64,000 nt of DNA from Vulcanimicrobiota bacterium (GCA_963695225.1 OY968762.1:1728001-1792000); one strand, 5' to 3'. Shown: positions 1-10,232, counted from the first letter of the stretch. A program made the numbers and translations. The notes: a model not told the origin generated them from the sequence alone.

Positions 1-1744
1 CGACCGCGTCGACCGCTTCGTCCTGCCCGATGACGCGCTTGTGCAACTCCTCGTCGAGCTTGAGCAGCTTGCGCATCTCACCTTCGAGCAGCTTCGAGAC
101 GGGGATCCCCGTCCAACGGCTCACGACATCGGCGATGTCCTCTTCGTCGACTTCTTCTTTCAGCAGGCGGCTGTCGCCGCTCGCGATTGCGGCGTCCTGC
201 GTCTTAAGCTGCTTCTCGAGTTCGGTCAACTTCCCATACCGCAACGCCGCGGCGCGATTGAGATCGTATTGGCGCTCCGCCTGTTCGATTTCGGTCTTCG
301 TCTGCTCGATCTGGGTGCGGAGCGCGCGCGTCTTCGCGACCGCTTCCTTCTCCATCTGCCAGCGCGCCTTGAGCCCATCGGACTCGGCGCGCAGTTCGGC
401 CAGCTCTTTCTCGATCCGCGCAAGCCGCGTCTTAGAGCCTTCGTCGGTCTCCTTGCGGAGCGCTTCGCGTTCGATCTCGAGCTGCATGATGCGGCGCTGC
501 GCTTCGTCGAGCTCTTGCGGCATCGAATCGATCTCGGTACGCAGCTTCGCCGCGGACTCGTCGACCAAGTCGATCGCCTTGTCCGGCAAGAAGCGATCCG
601 CGATGTAGCGGTTCGAGAGCGTCGCCGCGGCGACGAGCGCCGAATCCTTGATGCGCACGCCGTGATGCACTTCGTAGCGCTCGCGCAGGCCGCGCAGGAT
701 CGAGATCGTATCCTCGACGCTCGGCTGGTCGACGAAGACCGGCTGGAAGCGCCGTTCGAGCGCCGCATCCTTCTCGATGTACTTGCGGTATTCGTCGAGC
801 GTGGTCGCGCCGATCATGTGCAGTTCGCCGCGCGAGAGCATCGGCTTGAGCAGATTCCCCGCGTCCATCGAACCTTCGGTCTTCCCCGCGCCGACGACGG
901 TGTGCAGCTCGTCGACGAAGAGCAGCACGCGCCCCTCGGAACTCTGCACTTCCTTGAGAACGGCCTTGAGGCGCTCTTCGAATTCGCCGCGATACTTCGC
1001 GCCCGCGATCAGCGCGCCCATGTCGAGCGTGACGACGCGCTTGTCCTTGAGCCCCTCGGGGACATCGCCGCGCACGATGCGCTGCGCGAGCCCTTCGACG
1101 ATCGCCGTCTTCCCGACGCCGGGCTCGCCGATGAGCACCGGGTTGTTCTTCGTGCGGCGCGAGAGCACTTGGATTACGCGGCGGATCTCATCGTCGCGAC
1201 CGATGACGGGGTCGAGTTTCCCCGCTTCGGCATCTTTGTTGAGATCGCGGCCGTAGCGCTCGAGCGTCTGATAGGTTCCTTCCGGGTTTTGCGAGGTGAC
1301 ACGCTGGTTGCCGCGCACGTCCCGTAGCGCGACCAGCAGCTTATCGCGGTTGACGTTGAACTCGCCGAAAAGCCGCGCGAGATCCTTATCTTGCGCGAGC
1401 GCAAGCAAGAGGTGCTCGACGGAGACATAGTCGTCTTGGAGCGCCTTCGCCTCCGCGTCGGCCGCGCCGAGCGTGCGCGCGAGCGCGGGCGAAAGGCTCG
1501 GACTCTGCTCGGCGGTGCCGCCCAGGCGCGGGAGCCGGCCGATCGCCTCGTCGACGCGCTTGACGAACGGCTTGACGTCGACGCCCGCTTTCGCGAGCAA
1601 CGACGACGTCAGGCCGTCCTTCTGGTCCAGGAGGGCGGCGAGCAGATGCTCGTTCGAGGTCTGGGGGTTACGTTCGGAAAGCGCCCGCTGAAAGGCCGAA
1701 TTCAGGGCCTCTTGGACGCGGTCGGTCATGCGATCGGCGTTCAT
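1..1744 (-). CDS. clpB: ATP-dependent chaperone ClpB (5' part; runs off the window)
   Basis: Read manually on the minus strand, absent from the ORF track: [21 protein letters not shown]..., [15 protein letters not shown] (Walker A), DELHTVVG, coiled-coil middle domain, [14 protein letters not shown] at the window edge. Confidence 0.96.
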   Translation of the reverse strand, partial: MNADRMTDRVQEALNSAFQRALSERNPQTSNEHLLAALLDQKDGLTSSLLAKAGVDVKPFVKRVDEAIGRLPRLGGTAEQSPSLSPALARTLGAADAEAKALQDDYVSVEHLLLALAQDKDLARLFGEFNVNRDKLLVALRDVRGNQRVTSQNPEGTYQTLERYGRDLNKDAEAGKLDPVIGRDDEIRRVIQVLSRRTKNNPVLIGEPGVGKTAIVEGLAQRIVRGDVPEGLKDKRVVTLDMGALIAGAKYRGEFEERLKAVLKEVQSSEGRVLLFVDELHTVVGAGKTEGSMDAGNLLKPMLSRGELHMIGATTLDEYRKYIEKDAALERRFQPVFVDQPSVEDTISILRGLRERYEVHHGVRIKDSALVAAATLSNRYIADRFLPDKAIDLVDESAAKLRTEIDSMPQELDEAQRRIMQLEIEREALRKETDEGSKTRLARIEKELAELRAESDGLKARWQMEKEAVAKTRALRTQIEQTKTEIEQAERQYDLNRAAALRYGKLTELEKQLKTQDAAIASGDSRLLKEEVDEEDIADVVSRWTGIPVSKLLEGEMRKLLKLDEELHKRVIGQDEAVDAV

Positions 1745-1841
1745 ATGCACCCAATACAACCCGCCGCCGGGCGGGATTGTTGCAGGGACGACCTTTGCTC
1801 CGAGCGGCGGCATCCTCCCTCGGCCGTCGAATGCCTTCCGC

Positions 1842-3017
1842 ATGGCTCCCGATTCGCCGTCGGCGCCGCTCGCCGCACCGGCCCACCCGGACTTAGAGAC
1901 GCGTTCCGATGCCGGCTCGCCCCCCGCGATCGCGGCGGGTGCGTTCCATGCATACTTCGTCTACGACCTCGCCGATACGATCGACCTCGGCGCCGTCGAG
2001 CGCATCGTCCGCGCGGCGCGGGAGGACGTGGCGCGCGCGCCGCTGCAACTGCGGCGCGAAGCCTCCGCCGGCTTCATCGAGTTCCCGGCGCCGCCGCTCG
2101 CGCTGCGTCTGCCGAGTGCCGCGAGCGCGTGGGGGAGCGTCGTCGTCCGGGCCAAGATCTTCGATTACGGCGTCACCTCGATCCGCTTGACGCTTGGGTT
2201 TGCGGGGAGCTGGGGAGAATTCGCCGCGTTCACGCGGCGGCTGCGAACGGACGCGGAGCTGCCGCTCATCGCCGGCAAGGCGTTCGAGGCGCTGCGTTCG
2301 GAGATCGAATCCGCGCTGGACGATCCGCATCCGCCGCTCGTCGAAGATTATTTCGTCTTCGAAGTTCAGGCGTTTTCGCGCCCCGTCCGCGCGAGCGAGT
2401 TGCTCAACGACTACGCTTCGGAGCTAGCGAGCCTCGTCTCGTGCGAAGAGCGCCGTTTGATGCCGCTCGAACGCGCGGAAGCGCTGCGCGCGAACTTCGC
2501 GTACTACGAGGACGATCTCGCGATCGTGCAATGGGACACGGCGTTCGTCTACGATCGGGCGGAAGGCGCGGCGGCCGCCGAAGACATCCTGGAATTCGCG
2601 AACACGCAACTGGCCGAACTGCGCACGTACGACGCGCTGCTCGACGCGGAGCTCGACGCGATTTACAAGCTCGACCCCAAGAACGTCGACCGGCGCTCCG
2701 GACGGACCGGCCCGCAGCGATCGGCCGAGCGGCTGCGCTATCTGATCGTGGACATCCTCGAGTTGACCGACCGCTCGACGAACGCGCTCAAGATCATCGG
2801 CGACGCCTATTACGCGCGCCTCTATCGCGGCGCCGCCGGGCGCCTGGGCCTGCGGGATTGGCAGCAGCAGATCGAGACGAAGCTGCAGAGCGTGCGGGAC
2901 CTCTACCAATTCTTCCACGACGAAGCGCAGAACCGGCGCGCCGAGTTCATGGAGTTCATCATCATCGCGCTGATCCTCTTGGAAGTGGTGATCGGAGTGC
3001 TCGCGCTGCGGCACTAA
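1842..3017 (+). CDS. RMD1/DUF155-like hypothetical protein with C-terminal transmembrane helix
   Basis: [26 protein letters not shown] motifs; C-terminal [16 protein letters not shown]; start taken at ATG 1842. Confidence 0.6.
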   Translation: MAPDSPSAPLAAPAHPDLETRSDAGSPPAIAAGAFHAYFVYDLADTIDLGAVERIVRAAREDVARAPLQLRREASAGFIEFPAPPLALRLPSAASAWGSVVVRAKIFDYGVTSIRLTLGFAGSWGEFAAFTRRLRTDAELPLIAGKAFEALRSEIESALDDPHPPLVEDYFVFEVQAFSRPVRASELLNDYASELASLVSCEERRLMPLERAEALRANFAYYEDDLAIVQWDTAFVYDRAEGAAAAEDILEFANTQLAELRTYDALLDAELDAIYKLDPKNVDRRSGRTGPQRSAERLRYLIVDILELTDRSTNALKIIGDAYYARLYRGAAGRLGLRDWQQQIETKLQSVRDLYQFFHDEAQNRRAEFMEFIIIALILLEVVIGVLALRH

Positions 3018-3595
3018 CGCAAGAAGCGCTCGTCACCGCGGCGTTCGGTCAAGCCTGCCGCGTCGAACCACTCGAGCAGCGGGACGGCGTACTTGCGCGT
3101 CGTCCCGATGGCGGTCCGAAATTGCGCGACCGTCAGCCCCGTGCGCGGGCGGAGTTCGGCCTCGAGCCTCGAGCGAATCGCCTCGAGTTGCGCGCCGCGG
3201 TAGAGGTCCGCGGCGACGGGGACGACGGCTCCCGAGGCGACGAGCGTGTCGAGCGCGAGCTCGAGCCCGCCGATCCGCGCCGCGCGCATCGCCGCGACGA
3301 GCGCGCGGCGCTCGACGGGGCGGCACGGCTGCTCGGGGTCCGGGGCGAACGCCTCGTCGAAAAACGCGCGCTGTTCCGCGCTCAGTTCGGGGACGAACGA
3401 GGGCGTGGCATAGTACCCGGCTCTCAACGCGAGCGAGCCGCGCTCCACCGCGCCGGCCAGCGCCCGGACGAGCGCCGCCTCATCGGTCCCGAGTGCGCGC
3501 GCGAGGCCGAGCGAGGTCATGCCGAACGCCCAGGGTCTCGCGCGCTCGTTTCCGAGGAGCGTCGCGAGCGCGCGCGCGACGACCTCGTCGCTCAC
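3014..3595 (-). CDS. Standalone SelB C-terminal winged-helix (SECIS-binding) domain protein
   Basis: C-terminus LTVAQFRTAIGTTRKYAVPLLEWFDAAGLTERRGDER matches the last SelB winged helix; no GTPase motifs in 193 aa. Confidence 0.8.
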   Translation of the reverse strand: MSDEVVARALATLLGNERARPWAFGMTSLGLARALGTDEAALVRALAGAVERGSLALRAGYYATPSFVPELSAEQRAFFDEAFAPDPEQPCRPVERRALVAAMRAARIGGLELALDTLVASGAVVPVAADLYRGAQLEAIRSRLEAELRPRTGLTVAQFRTAIGTTRKYAVPLLEWFDAAGLTERRGDERFLR

Positions 3596-3602
3596 CGGGC
3601 GC

Positions 3603-3935
3603 TCAAGCAGCGGCGAGGTGCTTGGCGAGCATCGCGTTGATGTGCGCTTCGGGCACGAATCCCACGATGCGATCGACGGCCTGCCCGCCCTTGAAAAGGA
3701 TCAGGCAAGGGATGCCGGAGACGTGGTATGCGCCCGCAATCCCCGAGTTGTCGTCGGTGTTCAACTTCACGAACTTCACGCGGCCGGCGTACGCCGACGC
3801 GACCTTCTCGACGACCGGCGAGAGCATCTTGCACGGCCCGCACCACGGCGCCCAGAAATCGACGAGGACGGGTTGGTCGCTGGAAAGCACTTCCGCTTGG
3901 AAGGTCGCCTGCGAGACGTCGGGGAGTGCGCTCAT
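3603..3935 (-). CDS. trxA: Thioredoxin
   Basis: VLVDFWAPWCGPCK active site, 110 aa. Confidence 0.97.
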   Translation of the reverse strand: MSALPDVSQATFQAEVLSSDQPVLVDFWAPWCGPCKMLSPVVEKVASAYAGRVKFVKLNTDDNSGIAGAYHVSGIPCLILFKGGQAVDRIVGFVPEAHINAMLAKHLAAA

Positions 3936-4002
3936 TTCTTGTGTTTCCTCCGGTCGTTAGGACAGCGAGCGAACGGGCTCGGTTGCGCCCTTCCTGCCTG
4001 GG

Positions 4003-4845
4003 TCAGCCCGGCTGGGGCGTTGCGGCGGGTGCGAGGAGTTCCGCCGGATTCGTCGCCGGTTCGTACCCCTCGGGAGGCTGGAAATCCGACTCCGGCGGCG
4101 AGGAGTTCCGGACGTCCGTCATGTGCAACCGTATCTCCAACGGGGGTTTTCCGGGGCGCGAACTCCCCATTCTCGCCCGGACCGCGAGCGGGAACCCGTC
4201 GTACTCGTCCGCGAGGTTCGCGTGCACCGCGATCTTCATCGGGGCGGGCGGCGTCCGCGCCCCGGTGGAATGCTGCGCGGTCGCGGGAGGCGTGGGAACC
4301 GTCTGGAAGATCGCGATGTCGAGCGCGGTCGTCTTGTGCCCGTCGACGAGTTCGTTCCCGGCGACGTTCATCGTCATCGTGACGGACTTGAGCGCCTTGA
4401 GCATCGCGAGCCAACCTCCGCTCCGGCGCGCGCCCGGGCTCGCGGTCGCGTCCGGCAGGGGCGCACCCGCACCGGCCGCCGTCTCCTTGATCTTCTCGAG
4501 CGGGCTGCGGAAGTAGTGCTTGGACTGCGGGGACCAGACCGTCAGCTCGCGAGTCCCCTGGTCGACCACGATGACGACGTTCGCCGGGATCGGGGCCGGC
4601 ATTCCGTGCTTGGGATCCGACGCGTCGACGAGCGAGACCGAGCGCAGTTCGAAACGCGCGAGCTTATCACGCGCGGCGACGCCGAAGTCGGCGACGACGC
4701 GTTTGTTCGCGTCGAACCGCGCCTCGAGCGTCCCGGAAGCGCCATAGCCCTGCGAGCCGCCCGAGCCCATCAAGCCCGTGGCGCAGCCGCCCAGCGCGAG
4801 CGCCGCACCGAGCGCCGCGAGCGGGGCGAGCATGCGCCGCATCAT
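4003..4845 (-). CDS. Putative lipoprotein (DUF4412/LolA-like fold)
   Basis: Signal peptide with lipobox LGGC; C-terminal FQPPEGYE; start overlaps the gyrA stop (ATGA). Confidence 0.6.
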   Translation of the reverse strand: MMRRMLAPLAALGAALALGGCATGLMGSGGSQGYGASGTLEARFDANKRVVADFGVAARDKLARFELRSVSLVDASDPKHGMPAPIPANVVIVVDQGTRELTVWSPQSKHYFRSPLEKIKETAAGAGAPLPDATASPGARRSGGWLAMLKALKSVTMTMNVAGNELVDGHKTTALDIAIFQTVPTPPATAQHSTGARTPPAPMKIAVHANLADEYDGFPLAVRARMGSSRPGKPPLEIRLHMTDVRNSSPPESDFQPPEGYEPATNPAELLAPAATPQPG

Positions 4846-7370
4846 GCGCCGCCGTTCGACGTCGCGCCGTTCGGGAGTTCGCCCGTGATGTCGGCGATCG
4901 TCCTGGATTGCTGCCCGAGGTTCGTGATCGCGATGACTTCGTCGCCGGGAGCGAGCAATTGCAGCCGAACGCCCTTCGTTGAGCGGCCGGCCTTGCGGAT
5001 TCCGGAGACGGCGATGCGGATCACCTGATTTGCCGACGTGATGATGAGCACTTCGTCGTCCGCGCGCACGAGGATCTGATCGACGACGGTGCCGATGTCC
5101 TTCTCCTTCGCGAACGCCTTGACGCCCTTGCCGCCACGCGAGATGTGACGGTAATCCTCGATCGGCGTCCGTTTTCCGAAGGCCTGCGTCGTCACGAGCA
5201 ACACTTCGCGCCGGTCGTCTTCCACGACGTCCATCGCCATCACCGAGTCTCCGGGCGCGAGCGTGATCGCGCGGACGCCGCGCGCGCTGCGGCCCATCGG
5301 GCGCACGTCGGTCTCGTTGAAGTGAACGGCCATCCCCTCGCGCGTCGCGAGGATGATGTCGCGCGTCCCGTCCGAGAGGTCGACCGCTAGTAACTCGTCG
5401 TCGTCGTCGAGATTGACGGCGTTGAGCCCGTTGCGGCGCACGTTCGCGAACTCCGCCAGCGCCGTCTTCTTGATGACGCCGCGCCGAGTGACCATCACGA
5501 GATAGCGGTTATCCCCTTCGAAGCTCGTGACGGGGAAGACCGCGGTCACGCTCTCGCCCGGCGGGAGCGTGAGCAGGTTGACGAGCGCCGTCCCGCGCGA
5601 TTGACGCGTCGAGTCCGGGATCTCGTAGCCGCGCAGCCGGTACGCCCGGCCTTTGTTCGTGAAGAACAGGATGTGCTGGTGCGTCGAGCACATGAAGAAG
5701 TTCTGCACGACGTCTTCGCGCTTCGTCGCGATGCCGAGCACGCCGCGGCCGCCGCGGCTTTGCGCGCGGAACGTATCGATCGAGACGCGCTTGATGTAGC
5801 CGCCGACCGTCGAGGTGACGACGACCGGAATATCCGCGATGAAGTCTTCCGCGTTGAACTCGTCTTCGGCGGGGAGGACTTGCGTGCGGCGCGGATCGCC
5901 GAAGCGCTTGCGCAGGTCGAGGACTTCCAGCTTGACGATGCCGGCGACGCGCCGGTCGCTGGCAAGGATGTCCTCGAGCTCGGCGATCGTCTTGAGCAGT
6001 TCCGTGTACTCGTCCTCGATCTTCTTGCGCTCGAGGCCGGTCAGCGTCCGCAGGCGCATGTCGAGGATCGCGTTCGCTTGCAAGAGCGAGAGCGCGAATC
6101 GCTCGATCAGCCGTTCCCGCGCTCGTTCCGTAGTATCGCTCTCGCGGATGATCGCGATCACTTCGTCGATGTGGTCGAGCGCGATCCGGAAGCCTTCGAG
6201 GATGTGCGCCCGTTCGCGCGCTTTCGTCAGCTCGTAGGTCGTCCGGCGGCGGATCACGACCTTGCGGTGCGCGATGTAATGCTCGAGGAACGATTTGAGC
6301 GAGAGAACCTGGGGCTCGAGCGGCGCCGACGCGCCGGCGGGGCGTCCGTCGGAGAGGCCGGTCGCCGGGACGAGCGCGAGCATATTGAAGCCGAAGCTCG
6401 TCTGGAGCGGCGTGTGTTTGTAGAGCTGGTTGAGAACGACGTTCGGCGTCGCGTTACGCTGCAGTTCGACGACCACCCGCAGGCCCTTGCGCGAGGATTC
6501 GTCGTCCAGGCGCGCGATGCCGACGATGCGCTTCTCCGAGTGCGCGTCGGCGATCGCCTCGACGATGCGCGATTTCGTCACCTGGAAGGGCACTTCCGTG
6601 ATGATGATCTTGTGCTTGCCCTTCTCTTCGACGATCTCTGCCTTCCCGCGGACTGCGACCGTCCCGCGGCCGGTCTTGTACGCCGTGCGGATCGCCTCTT
6701 TGCCGAGGATGATGCCGGCGGTCGGGAAGTCGGGGCCTTGGACGACGTCGCAGATCGCATCGTCGTCGGCCGCCGGATCGTCGATGAGGAGCGCGATCGC
6801 GTCGCAGATCTCGACGACGTTGTGCGGGGGGATGTTCGTCGCCATGCCGACCGCGATGCCGCTCGAGCCGTTCACGAGCAACTGCGGGAGGCGTGCCGGA
6901 AGGACGAGCGGCTCGGTCGTCTGGTTGTCGAAATTGGGAACGAAATCGACCGTCTCTTTATCGATGTCGGCAAGCATCTCGAGCGCGATGCGGGCGAGCC
7001 GCGCTTCGGTATACCGGTAGGCGGCCGGCGGATCGCCGTCGATCGAGCCGAAATTCCCGTGCCCGTCGACCAAGGGGTAGCGCAGCGTGAAGTCTTGCGC
7101 CAGCCGGACGAGCGCGTCGTAGACCGACTGGTCGCCGTGCGGATGGAAGCTCTTGAGAACCTCGCCGATGACCCCGGCGCACTTGCGATGCTGCTTGCCG
7201 GGGTCCATCCCCATCTCGCGCATCGCATAGAGGATGCGGCGCTGGACGGGTTTGAGACCGTCGCGGACGTCCGGGAGGGCCCGCGAAGCGATGACGGACA
7301 TCGCGTACGAGAGGTAGGACTCCCGCATCTCGTCTTCGACGTTGACTTGTGCGATACGTTCGTTATTCAA
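4842..7370 (-). CDS. gyrA: DNA gyrase subunit A
   Basis: SRALPDVRDGLKPVQRR, HPHGD, AAYRYTEAR (catalytic Tyr), GyrA-box QSRGGRG, beta-pinwheel repeats. Confidence 0.97.
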   Translation of the reverse strand: MNNERIAQVNVEDEMRESYLSYAMSVIASRALPDVRDGLKPVQRRILYAMREMGMDPGKQHRKCAGVIGEVLKSFHPHGDQSVYDALVRLAQDFTLRYPLVDGHGNFGSIDGDPPAAYRYTEARLARIALEMLADIDKETVDFVPNFDNQTTEPLVLPARLPQLLVNGSSGIAVGMATNIPPHNVVEICDAIALLIDDPAADDDAICDVVQGPDFPTAGIILGKEAIRTAYKTGRGTVAVRGKAEIVEEKGKHKIIITEVPFQVTKSRIVEAIADAHSEKRIVGIARLDDESSRKGLRVVVELQRNATPNVVLNQLYKHTPLQTSFGFNMLALVPATGLSDGRPAGASAPLEPQVLSLKSFLEHYIAHRKVVIRRRTTYELTKARERAHILEGFRIALDHIDEVIAIIRESDTTERARERLIERFALSLLQANAILDMRLRTLTGLERKKIEDEYTELLKTIAELEDILASDRRVAGIVKLEVLDLRKRFGDPRRTQVLPAEDEFNAEDFIADIPVVVTSTVGGYIKRVSIDTFRAQSRGGRGVLGIATKREDVVQNFFMCSTHQHILFFTNKGRAYRLRGYEIPDSTRQSRGTALVNLLTLPPGESVTAVFPVTSFEGDNRYLVMVTRRGVIKKTALAEFANVRRNGLNAVNLDDDDELLAVDLSDGTRDIILATREGMAVHFNETDVRPMGRSARGVRAITLAPGDSVMAMDVVEDDRREVLLVTTQAFGKRTPIEDYRHISRGGKGVKAFAKEKDIGTVVDQILVRADDEVLIITSANQVIRIAVSGIRKAGRSTKGVRLQLLAPGDEVIAITNLGQQSRTIADITGELPNGATSNGGA

Positions 7371-7393
7371 GATTCTTCCATACGCCTAACTGC

Positions 7394-7627
7394 TCAGCGC
7401 GAGCCTGCCCGCGGTTTGACGACGGCGCCGACGAGGAATCCCACGCCGCCGCCGACGATAGCCCCGATGATCGCGATGATCCCGAGCTTGCTCCCCATGC
7501 TTCCACCCGCCGACCCGAGCGAGAGAAAGCGCTGTGTCACGAAAACAAACTCAAACAACGCCGCGACAACGGCCACGACAACGCCCGTGATCACGCCGAC
7601 CAAGACGTCATTGGCTCGCCACATCAT
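7394..7627 (-). CDS. Small two-TM membrane protein
   Basis: 77 aa with two hydrophobic Gly-rich segments; fills the gap upstream of gyrA. Confidence 0.6.
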   Translation of the reverse strand: MMWRANDVLVGVITGVVVAVVAALFEFVFVTQRFLSLGSAGGSMGSKLGIIAIIGAIVGGGVGFLVGAVVKPRAGSR

Positions 7628-7666
7628 TTCGGTCTCTTTCGCGTTCGCGCGGGCGGTATCTTCCAG

Positions 7667-8086
7667 ATGCCCCGGATGCTGACGGCGCCGACGCCCGCAG
7701 CCTTCGAGCGTTTCGCCGCGGACTTCTCGCGCACGCTGCGCCCCGGCGATTCCGTGGCGCTACGGGGCCCGCTCGGTTCCGGAAAGACGGCGTTCGTCGC
7801 AGCTTCCGTGCGGGAACTCCAAGGGGCCGACAAGGCGTCCAGTCCTACGTTCACGTTCTGGCATCGCTACGAAGGAAGCCCGCCGATCAACCACCTCGAT
7901 CTCTACCGCATCGAAGATCCGGCCGAAGCCGCCGAACTCGGCCTCGAGGATGCGTTCTCGCCCGACGCGATCACGTTCGTCGAATGGCCGGAGCGCTTGC
8001 CGGGCTTCATGCCGCCCGGGGCAATCCGGGTGAGCCTCGAAGGCGCGGGCGACGCCCCGCGCGAGATCGCGATCGAGCGGCCGTGA
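7667..8086 (+). CDS. tsaE: tRNA t6A biosynthesis ATPase TsaE
   Basis: GPLGSGKT, SSPTF, HLDLYRI, FVEWPE; ATG at 7667. Confidence 0.93.
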   Translation: MPRMLTAPTPAAFERFAADFSRTLRPGDSVALRGPLGSGKTAFVAASVRELQGADKASSPTFTFWHRYEGSPPINHLDLYRIEDPAEAAELGLEDAFSPDAITFVEWPERLPGFMPPGAIRVSLEGAGDAPREIAIERP

Positions 8087-8736
8087 TCCTGGCATTCGAC
8101 GGAGCCCTCGGAGCGTTCTCCTGCGCCCTCGCCGAGGACGACGGGACGATCCTCGACGCGCGTGTCGCGGCCCCGAATGCGGCCCTCGAAGAGGGCCTCG
8201 GAGCGGTCGCGGATCTGCTCGGCGCGCGCGGTTTCGCCGGTATCCGGCGGATCGCCGTCGGGATCGGGCCGGGCGGCTTCACCGGGCTGCGGATCGCGCT
8301 CTCCTACGCGAAGAGCATCGCATTCGCGCGCGGCCTTCCGCTCGCCGGAATCTCGTCCTACGACGTCCTGGAGCCGGCCGGGGCGGCGCTTCCCTTTCTC
8401 GCCGTCGTCCGCGGGCGTCCCGGAGTCGCATGCGCCCGCATGCGCGAACCAGGCGGCACCGCCGCCGTCTTCTGCGGGAGCGACGGGGAAATCGCCGCGG
8501 CGGCCGCGGCGCGGATCGCTCCCGGAGCGATCGAGTGCGCCGGGGACGCAGAGGGCGTCGTTCGCGCGCTTGGCGAACGCGGCTTCACAGTGCGCGTGAC
8601 GCCACCGCTCGCCGTTCCGCCCGCCGCTCGCATCGCGGCCCTCGCCGCATCGGCGCCCACGGCGCCGAGCCCTCACGCGGTGCGCGCCGATTACGGCGAG
8701 AACCCCGCCGTTCGCGCTCCGGCCGGTCGCCCGTGA
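8083..8736 (+). CDS. tsaB: tRNA t6A biosynthesis protein TsaB
   Basis: VILAFD..., AVGIGPGGFTGLRI; GTG start overlapping the tsaE stop. Confidence 0.92.
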   Translation: MILAFDGALGAFSCALAEDDGTILDARVAAPNAALEEGLGAVADLLGARGFAGIRRIAVGIGPGGFTGLRIALSYAKSIAFARGLPLAGISSYDVLEPAGAALPFLAVVRGRPGVACARMREPGGTAAVFCGSDGEIAAAAAARIAPGAIECAGDAEGVVRALGERGFTVRVTPPLAVPPAARIAALAASAPTAPSPHAVRADYGENPAVRAPAGRP

Positions 8737-9293
8737 GGGTAGATCTCGAGCGCCCCGCGTCCGGGCCTTCGGGGCGTCTGACGATTCGCCCGATGACCGT
8801 CGCCGACGTTCCCGCGGTGCTGCGCATCGAGGCGCTCTCGTTTAGCACGTCGTGGCCGCAGAACGCGTTCTTGAGCGAGATCAACGACAACAAACTCGCG
8901 CACTACTACGTCGGCCTGCACGACGGCAGGGTGATCGCCTACGGCGGCATCTGGGTGATCTTGGAAGATTCGCACATCACGACGATCGCGGTCCATCCCG
9001 ATTGGCGCGGTAAGCGCTACGGCGAGGAGTTGTTGCAGTTCTTGATTCGCCAAGCGTGCGATCGTGAGGCGTCGTGGATGACGCTCGAAGTGCGGGAATC
9101 GAATTCCTCGGCGCAAGCGCTCTATCGCAAGTATGGTTTCACCGTCGTCTCGACGCGGCGCGGGTACTACAGCGACAACAACGAGAACGCATTCGTGATG
9201 TGGGCCGGGAATCTGCGCGGAGATCTCTACCGCGCGCGTCTGGCGACGCTGGAGGCGGAGCTCGAAGCCCGCCTATCCGGCGGGCTTCGGTGA
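8733..9293 (+). CDS. rimI: Ribosomal protein S18-alanine N-acetyltransferase
   Basis: HITTIAVHPDWRGKRYG, TLEVRESN..AQALY.KYGF, RRGYY; position after tsaB. Confidence 0.92.
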   Translation: MRVDLERPASGPSGRLTIRPMTVADVPAVLRIEALSFSTSWPQNAFLSEINDNKLAHYYVGLHDGRVIAYGGIWVILEDSHITTIAVHPDWRGKRYGEELLQFLIRQACDREASWMTLEVRESNSSAQALYRKYGFTVVSTRRGYYSDNNENAFVMWAGNLRGDLYRARLATLEAELEARLSGGLR

Positions 9294-9892
9294 CGTTCGG
9301 CGAACTCGCGCGCGGCGTCCGCGCCGAGCTCGGCCGCACGGGGCGGTACGCCCACGTCGTGCGCGTAGCGCGGACCGCGGAGCGTCTCGCGCTCGCATGC
9401 GGGGAATCACCCGCGCGCGCGCGCCTGGCGGGGATGCTGCACGATCTCGCGCGCTCGTATCCGGCGAACCGTTTGCTCGCGGAATGCGAGGCGCGCGGCA
9501 TGCCGGTCGACGCGTTCGAGCGCGCGAATCCGCTCGTGCTGCACGCGCGGCTCTCCGCCGAACTCGCCCGTGAACGCTTCGGCGTGACGGACGAGGGCGT
9601 GCTCGCCGCGATCCGCGCGCACACGCTCGGCGCGCCGGCGATGTCCGGGCTCGAACGGACGCTCTTCCTGGCGGACGCGCTCGAGCCGGGACGCACCTAC
9701 CCGGAACGCGGGGCGCTCCTCGCACTCGCGCTCGTCGATCCGGAGGCCGCGCTGCGCGGGGTCCTCCGTTCGACGCTCGCCTATCTCCGGCTGAGGGGCC
9801 TCGAGCCCGCTCCCCGGACGATCGCGGCGCTCGACCTGCTCGAGCGGGAAGAGGCCGGGACCTCCCAGGCGAAGAGTCCCCTGCGTGCCTGA
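9290..9892 (+). CDS. yqeK: HD-domain symmetrical Ap4A hydrolase YqeK
   Basis: RYAHVVRV, AGMLHDLAR, VLHARL, AIRAHT, FLADALEPGR; upstream of rsfS. Confidence 0.88.
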   Translation: MTFGELARGVRAELGRTGRYAHVVRVARTAERLALACGESPARARLAGMLHDLARSYPANRLLAECEARGMPVDAFERANPLVLHARLSAELARERFGVTDEGVLAAIRAHTLGAPAMSGLERTLFLADALEPGRTYPERGALLALALVDPEAALRGVLRSTLAYLRLRGLEPAPRTIAALDLLEREEAGTSQAKSPLRA

Positions 9893-10232
9893 GTTGCTCG
9901 ATATCGTCCGCGCGGCGGCCCTCGAAAAGAAGGCGGAGGACCTGACGGTCCTCGACGTTCGCGGGCGCACGATCGTCGCCGATTACTTCGTGATCGCCAC
10001 AGGCCGCTCGCGGGTCCAGACGCGCGCGATCGCGGATGCGATCGACGAAGCCGCGAAGGCGAGCGGCCTCCGCGTGGTGCGGACCGAAGGGTACGTCGAC
10101 GGCGGCTGGATCTTGCTCGATCTCGCCACGGTCGTCGTGCACGTCTTCACCCCGGACCAACGTGCCTTTTATAACCTCGAGCGCCTATGGGGCCGCCCCG
10201 CGGCGCCTGCCCAAGAATCGTCCTCCGCATGA
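9885..10232 (+). CDS. rsfS: Ribosome silencing factor
   Basis: KKAEDLTVLDV, DYFVIATG, WILLD, VHVF..QRAFYNLERLW. Confidence 0.96.
   Translation: MPELLDIVRAAALEKKAEDLTVLDVRGRTIVADYFVIATGRSRVQTRAIADAIDEAAKASGLRVVRTEGYVDGGWILLDLATVVVHVFTPDQRAFYNLERLWGRPAAPAQESSSA

Noticed and set aside
41..1327. 428-aa plus-strand ORF and the many other long alternative-frame ORFs (e.g. 1391-3640, 5601-7682, 13538-16726, 40180-42588)
   Set aside because: Antisense or off-frame shadows of recognisable genes (clpB, gyrA, leuS etc.); Arg/Ala-rich with no family motifs, as expected in high-GC DNA
1745..1841. CIRCE/HAIR/CtsR heat-shock operator upstream of clpB
   Set aside because: No matching inverted or direct repeat found
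3480..3605. Selenocysteine readthrough fusing trxA to the SelB-domain ORF
   Set aside because: The two ORFs are out of frame (7-bp gap); readthrough gives only an Arg-rich ~40-aa peptide; the Trx active site is a normal CGPC
6310..6370. Intein in GyrA
   Set aside because: Insertion is only ~15 aa and lacks splicing motifs
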